Virus record (IMG/VR): IMGVR_UViG_3300048582_000084
Coordinates: 17,137 to 81,136 of that record
Reading direction: 5' to 3' (one strand)
Source of the DNA: a virus
Length of the DNA stretch: 64,000 nucleotides
Made by a program: the position numbers and the translations under genes. The notes under the pieces were generated by a model. It ran no database searches, was not told the DNA's origin, and saw only the letters and a program-made list of their open reading frames with translations. Shown in pieces: positions 57,854 through 64,000 of this stretch (its first letter is position 1; every line of letters starts with the position of its first letter).

Positions 57854-58234
57854 CTAAAAGTCGCAACGAAGGCGCTCAGTAACCTCCGTGAAAGCGCAGA
57901 AGCCTTCACGAATGACAGGCTCAGCACGCCACGGATTGCAGTCGCCGCAGACGAAGATGTCAACGGCAGCCATCTCAAACTCGGGCCATGTGTGGATCGA
58001 AATGTGACTTTCCGCCAGGATCAGAACGCCAGTCACGCCGCTGCCTTCACCGAAGTGATGGAAGTGGCCGCTGAGGATGGTTGCACCTGTCGCGGCGGCG
58101 GCTTGACGCAAGATGTGTTCAACATCTACAGGCGACGCTAGAAGCTCCGGGTCGGCGCGTCGGAGGTCGATCAGTAGGTGCGTGCCGAGATACCGCAACC
58201 CATCACGCCACACGAAAGACGGCGTGTGGTTCAC
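57854..58234 (-). CDS. speD: S-adenosylmethionine decarboxylase proenzyme
   Basis: LGTHLLID, GATIL...HHF..GSGVTGVLILAESHISIHTWPE...AVDIFVCG; GTG start coupled to upstream stop. Confidence 0.93.
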   Translation of the reverse strand: MNHTPSFVWRDGLRYLGTHLLIDLRRADPELLASPVDVEHILRQAAAATGATILSGHFHHFGEGSGVTGVLILAESHISIHTWPEFEMAAVDIFVCGDCNPWRAEPVIREGFCAFTEVTERLRCDF

Positions 58235-58509
58235 CAACGGTCGTAGTCCGTGACGTCGAGCGTCTGACCTGTGTGGGCCTCGCGAACAGTGAGGCTGGAA
58301 CCGATCCCCGAAGTCCGACTGAAGATGAACTCCAGGGTCGGAAACGGTGGGAGCGTCGGGACCGACGTGATGCCGATCAACTGACGTCGGGTGATCAGTT
58401 GGCTGGGGTCGATCTTGTCGAGCCACGCGTCGATCTTGTCTTGCTGTCCTCGGGTCACAAAGAACATTTCAACAAGTCGCTCTGGGATATCATACTCTAC
58501 GGTGGTCAT
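58231..58509 (-). CDS. Hypothetical protein
   Basis: CAGGAG RBS; F..TSGIG...LDVTDYD.W. Confidence 0.6.
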   Translation of the reverse strand: MTTVEYDIPERLVEMFFVTRGQQDKIDAWLDKIDPSQLITRRQLIGITSVPTLPPFPTLEFIFSRTSGIGSSLTVREAHTGQTLDVTDYDRW

Positions 58510-58531
58510 TTTGTCTCCTGAATGTGTAGGT

Positions 58532-58890
58532 AAAACGCCGCCCCGAAGGGCGGCGCTTTGTTGGCTAGCGGACGTTCTGTTGGCACCAGCGCAGAGCATC
58601 CTGACGTGCCGCCCACATTGGGGCGCCATTGCGTCGGACGATTTCCTGCGCGACCTGATCGATGCACCGGGATAGTTGGATATCGCGGCGGTCGTTTTCG
58701 GCCTGAGTCGGCGGGCGCTGCTGGGCAAATACGTCGAATGAGAAAGTGCAGACGAGAAGCGTAGAAAGAATGAGTAGACGCATAGGTGTGTTCCTTCATA
58801 TGTAAGACGGATCAGTCATCCGCAAGTCTACACTATATGAAGGTGAAACGACAGCGCAAGCCAATCAAAACGCCGCCCCGAAGGGCGGCG
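58532..58890. repeat. Identical 24-bp hairpin repeats (58532-58555, 58867-58890) flanking a one-gene cassette
   Basis: AAAACGCCGCCCCGAAGGGCGGCG occurs twice. Confidence 0.85.
58565..58783 (-). CDS. Small secreted protein
   Basis: Signal peptide, two Cys, AAGGA RBS. Confidence 0.55.
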   Translation of the reverse strand: MRLLILSTLLVCTFSFDVFAQQRPPTQAENDRRDIQLSRCIDQVAQEIVRRNGAPMWAARQDALRWCQQNVR

Positions 58891-58895
58891 TGATT

Positions 58896-59846
58896 TCAAA
58901 GCAGGTTATCACCCGCGTGGTTCTTGAAGCGCTCAGCGACACGGACGTAGCCGAGAGTTGTCTGAATCGAGGCATGGCGGGCGTGGTGACTGATTGCCGA
59001 CATGTCCTTTCCAGCAAGCGCTGAGGCGGTGCAGAAGCCTGCCCGCAAGCTGTGCGGACTGATCTTCCCTCCCAGCCCCGCCCGCTCCACCGCTTTCGCG
59101 AGGATGAGGCGAATCGCTTCTTCGCTGAGGGCTTCGCTCCCAACCGAACCGTTCTTCAAGACGCGTCGGAAGACGCTGCCGGAAGAGATGTTGGAAGCCT
59201 GAAGCCACGCAGCGATGGCGCGGACGGGGCACATAAGCTGGTTCTTGGCGTAAGGGATGGACACTTCAGCCCCCTTCCCTTCCTGATCCGTCTTGGATCG
59301 GTCGAGTTTGACGACGACGCCTTCGGAAACGAATTCAAGGTTCTCCACCGAGATCGCAGTGATCTCGGAGCGTCGAAAGGCGCCCGCGAAGCCAATCAAC
59401 AGGATCGCCTTGTCGCGAAGGCCCGAAACATCGAGACCAGTGGTCGAGACCAAGCTGGCCAGATGCTCAGGGAGAATGGCTTCCGCCTTCTCGACCTTGC
59501 GGGTCGAGGATCGGCGGATGCCAGCCATTACTTCGGCCAGGATCGGGTCTTGCCAGTTGAGAACAAGACGGGCGCGGTCGTGAAAGTACTTTACCGCCGA
59601 AAGGTGCGACGTCACCGTCGAAACCGCCTTGCCAGACTTCGCGAGCGAGGCGAGGTACACGGCAACGAACTGGATGCTGCTCGGGAGCGGGCTTGTCCCA
59701 TGCTCCGCGCAGAAAGCCAGGAAGGTCTTCCAGCTTGACGTGTATTGCTTGACGGTTCCGCTGGCGCGGCTGGCGGCGGCGTAATCGAGCGTGTCCTCAA
59801 TCAGCGAGGTGAGCGCTGCCGTGGGGTTGGTGACGGTGAGGGACAT
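58896..59846 (-). CDS. Cre/Xer-like tyrosine recombinase
   Basis: RDKAILLIGFAGAFRRSE, RSKTDQ, HSLRAGF, RH.S......Y; no arm-binding domain. Confidence 0.92.
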   Translation of the reverse strand: MSLTVTNPTAALTSLIEDTLDYAAASRASGTVKQYTSSWKTFLAFCAEHGTSPLPSSIQFVAVYLASLAKSGKAVSTVTSHLSAVKYFHDRARLVLNWQDPILAEVMAGIRRSSTRKVEKAEAILPEHLASLVSTTGLDVSGLRDKAILLIGFAGAFRRSEITAISVENLEFVSEGVVVKLDRSKTDQEGKGAEVSIPYAKNQLMCPVRAIAAWLQASNISSGSVFRRVLKNGSVGSEALSEEAIRLILAKAVERAGLGGKISPHSLRAGFCTASALAGKDMSAISHHARHASIQTTLGYVRVAERFKNHAGDNLL

Positions 59847-59911
59847 CGGTTTTCTCGTCCTTTGGTTGTGAAAATTGCAAAAGACGCATCCCGAAGGATG
59901 CGTCTCTGTAC

Positions 59912-60034
59912 TCACTCGGCGGGCGGCTTGTCTTTCCGACGCTCATCGAATCGCTTCTTCGCGGGAAGCAGCCCGAAGCGCACGACGATGAAGATCACCA
60001 GAACAACCGAGAATACGGCTTCTGCGACCATCAT
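59912..60034 (-). CDS. Small single-TM protein
   Basis: AAGGAGG RBS, ATGA overlap, hydrophobic N-terminus. Confidence 0.45.
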   Translation of the reverse strand: MMVAEAVFSVVLVIFIVVRFGLLPAKKRFDERRKDKPPAE

Positions 60035-60390
60035 GCGGCGACGGCGACCTCCTTACGAGGCTTCGGGCGGTTCGGAGCTTGCGGCTGCTCCACGCGGGGG
60101 CGCCGCTTCACGCCGAGCATCGCCAGGACGGTATCGACAGTCGGTCGGGTCGGGTAGGTAGCCGCGATGACCCACACGGTCGGTTCGGTGATGTGCGGCT
60201 GGCGCAGGAAGTCGGCCCACTCGGCATCCGTGAAGGTCATCATGCGGGTGCCCTCGATGTCGTGGCGATCCATCATGCCCAAGTCGAGCAGGCTCTTGCG
60301 GGTCCAGACGAGCCACGCGCCGTCGAGCTTGCGCTGGACGAGGTCGAAAAGCTGGCCGTTGTTCTGGTTGGAAATAGGATGCGTGTTCAT
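60031..60390 (-). CDS. Hypothetical protein
   Basis: ORF in operon. Confidence 0.55.
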   Translation of the reverse strand: MNTHPISNQNNGQLFDLVQRKLDGAWLVWTRKSLLDLGMMDRHDIEGTRMMTFTDAEWADFLRQPHITEPTVWVIAATYPTRPTVDTVLAMLGVKRRPRVEQPQAPNRPKPRKEVAVAA

Positions 60391-60444
60391 GTGTTCTGTT
60401 CCGTAATTGGAAGGTTGTAGTGCAAAAAGAACCCCGAAGGGTTC

Positions 60445-60645
60445 TTAGGTCGGGTTTACAACCATCACGAACAATAGAAAGTCTGTGATGAACTTCGACA
60501 GAAGAACGACTAAGCCCGTAATGAAGAGGGCGCAAAACCCGCCCACGATGGGTTCTCCGGACGTATCGCGCAAGGATCGATAGAGATAGCAGAACGAAAT
60601 AGCGGCAAACAGGATGGCGGCGATGGCGAGGTTGAGGGTTACCAT
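60445..60645 (-). CDS. Small membrane protein
   Basis: Two TM helices, just downstream of a promoter-like repeat. Confidence 0.5.
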   Translation of the reverse strand: MVTLNLAIAAILFAAISFCYLYRSLRDTSGEPIVGGFCALFITGLVVLLSKFITDFLLFVMVVNPT

Positions 60646-60660
60646 GTGGTGGTAGATACC

Positions 60661-60685
60661 TTCTCTCTAGGAGGGTTGAGTATTC
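60661..60685 (-). promoter_or_regulatory. Candidate phage-RNAP promoter GAATACTCAACCCTCCTAGAGAGAA
   Basis: Identical 25-mer at 43369-43393; variants at 50683-50706 and 27796-27818. Confidence 0.6.
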
Positions 60686-61316
60686 AGGCGTTGATCCAGG
60701 CAGCATCGTGATCGACGTTGCTGTCGAAAATGGCGAACTCGACCTCGACCTTCCCGACGTCGAACGAGAAGTACCGGAGCGCGGATACAGTCGCCTCGAC
60801 ATCATCCTGAAATGACCCTGCCGTGGTCTGGTAGTCTCGGAGAGTCAGCATCATGATGGGGTCTCCCGTAGCGGCTCGCTTGAACACGTTGCGGCTGAGG
60901 TGCGCGTCCATGCTCTCTGCGATGCTCCGCAGTTTCTGAAAACGCCCATCCGGCACAACGACCTGAATGTGGCTTTCGAAATAGCGGTTCTCAGGCATCT
61001 TGGGCCGGTCCAACAACGAAGATGCTGCCGGATGCCAAGGCACGGTCTCGACCTTTGTTCGGACGACGTCGAAGCCAAAAGCCATCATAGCGTGCTGGAG
61101 CAGGTATAGGTGTTGGGGGACGTCCTTGGTCGCCGCCGAAATGCGAGACGACGTCATGACGTCTTCCAGCACGGTGGTCCCTGTTCGGTCCTGAAGATCG
61201 AGGATGATCGGCTTGACGCCCATCTCCACACAGGCCGCTCGGAACGCCTCGATGGATTCCGGCTTTCGGACAGTCAGGTGAATCTCAAAAGGATAGGTAA
61301 CTAGGTCGGGCTGCAA
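60684..61316 (-). CDS. Hypothetical protein (duplicated ferredoxin-like E.H motifs)
   Basis: FEIHLTV / YFESHIQV, VRTKVE, HLSRN. Confidence 0.65.
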   Translation of the reverse strand: MQPDLVTYPFEIHLTVRKPESIEAFRAACVEMGVKPIILDLQDRTGTTVLEDVMTSSRISAATKDVPQHLYLLQHAMMAFGFDVVRTKVETVPWHPAASSLLDRPKMPENRYFESHIQVVVPDGRFQKLRSIAESMDAHLSRNVFKRAATGDPIMMLTLRDYQTTAGSFQDDVEATVSALRYFSFDVGKVEVEFAIFDSNVDHDAAWINA

Positions 61317-61371
61317 GGTTAGGCTCCTGAGTTTGTTTCAAAAAGGGGCCACCTTTCGGTGGTCCCTTACA

Positions 61372-62793
61372 TCAGCCGACCTTGTAGCGGTCGTTCATGA
61401 TGGCGTTCAGCATGATGTCCTCGGGCGTGAAGTTGTCACCATTCAGCAGCGCCTTCAGCAGCGCAGGCGAGTAGCCGCCCACCAGGGCCGTGCCGTCGTC
61501 CCGAATGGTCACCGGGTTGTTGCCCAGGCGAGCGTTCAGGTTCCAGAACACGATCTGCGGCATCGCGTATCCGGCCTTCGCATAGGCCTTGCGGACCATG
61601 TCGAGCGCGGTAGCATTGTCGCATGCCTTATCGAACTCCATATCCGACAGGATCAGGAGCTTGCGCGGCATGTCCTGCGGCGCGACGTTGTTCGCGACGG
61701 CGATTTCCAGAATCTTCCGGAACGCCGCATCGATGTTGGTCGAACCCATGAAGTTGTCATTGATCTTCGCCAGCTTCGCCTTGAGCGACATCGTGTCAGC
61801 AAGCTGCACGACGCGGGTCGAGGACGAGAAGGTGAAGACGAGGTTCTTGAAGGCACCCGTCTGGCGTTCGGCGGTATAGAGGCCGAGCGCCATCGCCGTG
61901 TCGCGGCAAGTGACCGACGACTTGCTTTCCCTTCCGCCGAGAGGGCAGCACATCGAACCGGAGAGGTCGATGAGGGGCAGAATCCCCGCGTCGCTGCCCA
62001 GGTAGTCGGGCAGGGAACGCCACTGCGCCTCGGCCACGACCGTGTCGCCACGGCGATACCCGGAGATGACGTCGTGCGGGAAGATCGCGGACGCGTTCAC
62101 CTTCGCGGTGCCATCGTTCTTGACCAATGCAGCCTTGTAGGCCGCATAGGCCTCGACGGCGCGCTTGTTGAACGCCTTCTGGTAACGCTTCGCCGCGACC
62201 GACGGGACGTGGCTGAAGTTGATGCTGTCCCATTCGCGGGCGCACATCTTCTGCTCGACCGTGTCGGACAGCCCGACGATCAGCTTCCGGTATCCCTTCG
62301 GCGTCAGTCCGAGAGCCTTGCGAAGGGCTTCGGCATCGGCACCCTTGCGGGGCATCCACTTCGCCGCCAGTCGGTCACCGTTGGTGAGCCCCTGGTCGAT
62401 GAAGGCGAACGCGAAGTCTCGGGCGGCGTCGCCGACTGCAAACAGATCGTCCCAACGGCCGACCTCGGGCGTCTTGGTGACGACCAGGGCAGCGTCGTTT
62501 GCGTTGATCTGGGACAGCCAGGACAGCAGGTAGCGGAAGGTCTGACGCTCGCCAGCGCCGCCGCGAATGTCGCGGAGCCAGAGCAGGGTACGCAACGCGT
62601 ACTCGCGGTTCTCCGCATATGCGCGCTGGAAGAGGATGAGGGCCTGGGCCTCCTTGCCACGCATGGCCGGGGCCTGGGCGAAGAAGTCCACGCACGCGCT
62701 GTGCGTCGTGAGGTTGGTGGCGGCACCGTTCGTGGTGCGGCTGAGATTGGAGCCAGCCCCGTTGGAGCGGGCGGCGGCGGATGCAAAGGTCAT
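61372..62793 (-). CDS. DUF2828-type TROVE-like/vWA protein (Ro60-related)
   Basis: T.NGA, RDIRGGAGER, GRWDD, AAKWMPR, VPS.A, QW..L, vWA MIDAS DLSGSM, STN, SDMEFD, P.IVFWN, GYS. Confidence 0.88.
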   Translation of the reverse strand: MTFASAAARSNGAGSNLSRTTNGAATNLTTHSACVDFFAQAPAMRGKEAQALILFQRAYAENREYALRTLLWLRDIRGGAGERQTFRYLLSWLSQINANDAALVVTKTPEVGRWDDLFAVGDAARDFAFAFIDQGLTNGDRLAAKWMPRKGADAEALRKALGLTPKGYRKLIVGLSDTVEQKMCAREWDSINFSHVPSVAAKRYQKAFNKRAVEAYAAYKAALVKNDGTAKVNASAIFPHDVISGYRRGDTVVAEAQWRSLPDYLGSDAGILPLIDLSGSMCCPLGGRESKSSVTCRDTAMALGLYTAERQTGAFKNLVFTFSSSTRVVQLADTMSLKAKLAKINDNFMGSTNIDAAFRKILEIAVANNVAPQDMPRKLLILSDMEFDKACDNATALDMVRKAYAKAGYAMPQIVFWNLNARLGNNPVTIRDDGTALVGGYSPALLKALLNGDNFTPEDIMLNAIMNDRYKVG

Positions 62794-62822
62794 TGGGTTA
62801 AGTCTCCTGAGTGGGTTGGTAG

Positions 62823-62880
62823 CAGGCTGCTCCCTTTGCTTCAGAGTTAAGGTCTGATGGGATGTGTGCTGTGGGCAGCC
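62823..62880 (-). ncRNA. Structured leader RNA of the TROVE/vWA gene (Y-like end stem plus anticodon-arm-like hairpin)
   Basis: GGCTGC-CCACAGCA...TCCC..TCAGA-CCTTAAC-TCTGA..GGGA-GCAGCC-TG. Confidence 0.55.
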
Positions 62881-62907
62881 TTCAAAAAAAGACCCCTTGC
62901 GGGGGTC

Positions 62908-63102
62908 TCAGTCCAAGTATTCTCTATCATCTTCCGGCTCAACCGGAGACGGCGTCTGCCCGGCAGCGCGCTCGATGTCGTCCGCAATCTCGTACAGTCG
63001 AGCGCGGATGTCGTTGCTGCGGTCGTTTGGGCGATGGTCGGGCGCTGGATAGGTGTCGCGAATCCACTGCGCGTGGGCGAGGAGTTGGGCGGTGGTGGGC
63101 AT
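62908..63102 (-). CDS. Hypothetical protein
   Basis: AAGGA RBS; lies between the ncRNA cluster and the TROVE gene. Confidence 0.55.
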   Translation of the reverse strand: MPTTAQLLAHAQWIRDTYPAPDHRPNDRSNDIRARLYEIADDIERAAGQTPSPVEPEDDREYLD

Positions 63103-63159
63103 GGTAAGTCCTTGATGGGGTTCGGTAAAAAAGCCCCCAGGGCCTTACACCAAAGGGCT

Positions 63160-63283
63160 CCGCGCCCCCACCGCCAGCCTTGCGGTTCCTCCGGATTATG
63201 AGTCCGGTGTGCTTTCTATCGTTGACGCGATGTGGCCTAGGCCTGCTGCCTTTCGGCGGGACTGCTTACCCGTCAAAGTAAGC
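63160..63283 (-). ncRNA. Structured RNA with CAU anticodon arm and possible pseudoknot
   Basis: CCGGA-CTCATAA-TCCGG; loop TTGACG complementary to downstream CGTCAA; flanked by terminators. Confidence 0.5.
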
Positions 63284-63326
63284 AAAAACCCATCAGACAT
63301 TTCTGTCATGATGGGTCTGGAAGATC

Positions 63327-63428
63327 GCTCCTAGTGACGCTGGACCTTCAAAGCGGTCCCCCTCTTGTTCGGTCGGGGGCTCTGACTCTCTTGCGAGTAC
63401 CTAGCCCCGTTATCGCGCGATTCGGAGC
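63327..63428 (-). ncRNA. Putative multi-stem ncRNA
   Basis: GCTCC/GGAGC closing stem, GGGGCT/AGCCCC and GGACC/GGTCC hairpins; between terminators. Confidence 0.4.
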
Positions 63429-63467
63429 AAAACGGGAGCCCTGGGGCTCCCGTACTATTACTACGCA

Positions 63468-63652
63468 TGCTGTTGGCCGGTTTCGATACCGACTTAGGAT
63501 TTACGAACCTGTTTTGTGGGTTTGCCGACACCGGACAGTCGTCTTCTAAGTTCTTGCGAACAAGGTAGCCACCACATTTTACTCAGCGATGTCTTGACCA
63601 TCTAGGGATTCGGGCATCGCCTTGCTGCGTGTCCTTCCACGCCGCAACAGCA
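63468..63652 (-). ncRNA. Putative multi-stem ncRNA
   Basis: TGCTGTTG/CAACAGCA closing stem enclosing several hairpins; followed by terminator. Confidence 0.4.
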
Positions 63653-63674
63653 GAAACGTCCCTTTCGGGACGTT

Positions 63675-63787
63675 CAGGATACGCATTTTTACGCGTGCTT
63701 CTACTGCACCACCGCCGCGCATGTGCGGCGACCAGGGATTGCACCTGGGTCTCGCCCTCCAAATGGTTATAGTTGCTGTAGGTATCC
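63675..63787 (-). ncRNA. Y RNA (YrlA)-like circularly permuted tRNA mimic
   Basis: GGATAC/GTATCC end stem enclosing T-arm, closed acceptor stem and D-arm in permuted order. Confidence 0.7.
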
Positions 63788-63820
63788 AAAAAGAGCCCGA
63801 AGGCTCTTAGCTCTTAGTTG

Positions 63821-64000
63821 TCAGAAACGCTCCATGTACGAGACGTCCTCGACTCGAACCCAGAATCCATCAGTGTAGAAAGTCACCGAATGCGCGAACA
63901 TGGAAGCGAAGGAGTTCCAAGCCTGTTCCGCAGTCGCGTCGTCAGTCGCTGAGAGGTCGAGTTCCTTGATAAGCCCGCTCTTGAAGAAGAAACGGACGGA
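63821..64000 (-). CDS. Hypothetical protein, 5' end outside window
   Basis: Open frame ending ...VEDVSYMERF* before a terminator. Confidence 0.45.
   Translation of the reverse strand, partial: SVRFFFKSGLIKELDLSATDDATAEQAWNSFASMFAHSVTFYTDGFWVRVEDVSYMERF

Noticed and set aside
57854-58426. 190-aa N-terminally extended SpeD
   Set aside because: The extension overlaps the upstream gene; a GTG at 58234 coupled to its stop gives a normal-sized SpeD.
61333-62850. 505-aa + strand ORF
   Set aside because: Antisense shadow of the GC3-rich TROVE/vWA gene; no motifs or RBS.
63160-63240. Possible complete tRNA-Met/Ile(CAT)
   Set aside because: No T-arm, acceptor stem or CCA; reported as an anticodon-arm mimic instead.
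63531-63634. Third copy of the Y-like end stem (GGACAC-GCAGCAA...TGTCC)
   Set aside because: GCAGCAA pairs better in a local hairpin with TTGCGGCGTG, and the match is imperfect.
63331-63810. Short ORFs (62-71 aa) across the ncRNA region
   Set aside because: No clear RBS, atypical composition, and they cross terminator hairpins.

Overview
This 64-kb window is part of a large tailed dsDNA bacteriophage in its non-integrated form, since an intact attP has phage genes on both sides. The host is probably an alphaproteobacterium (inference). 1-11.5 kb (+ strand) is the end of the tail module: tape measure, tail/hub proteins, a fibre-like protein and a chaperone. Next come an attP core matching the 3' half of tRNA-Thr(GGT) and a tyrosine integrase. 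The remaining ~52 kb is almost all on the - strand. It encodes nucleotide metabolism (dUTPase, class II RNR, ThyX, glutaredoxin), replication (T7-like PolA, ligase, SSB, exonucleases, SNF2 helicase, primase-helicase), terminase, RuvC, rIIA/B and seven tRNAs. It also encodes NAD+ salvage (Nampt, NadM-Nudix), two SpeD-like decarboxylases, six free-standing endonucleases, a second tyrosine recombinase and an extensive RNA-repair set (two RNA ligases, PNKP, Pth2-like, RlaP-like NTase). The best candidate for an undescribed system is at 61.4-63.8 kb. There a DUF2828-type TROVE/vWA (Ro60-like) gene sits downstream of terminator-delimited structured non-coding RNAs. These include a circularly permuted tRNA mimic with Y RNA/YrlA architecture and an RNA presenting a CAU anticodon arm. 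A second copy of the same 'GGNTRC-NNACAGCA...GYANCC-TG' end-stem lies in the gene's own leader. Other hidden patterns are a shared hairpin before both NAD+ salvage genes, four copies of a T3/T7-like promoter motif, about 30 intergenic terminator-like hairpins and a recurrent AAAGTACTTT palindrome. All protein calls come from motif recognition by eye; no database searches were run.
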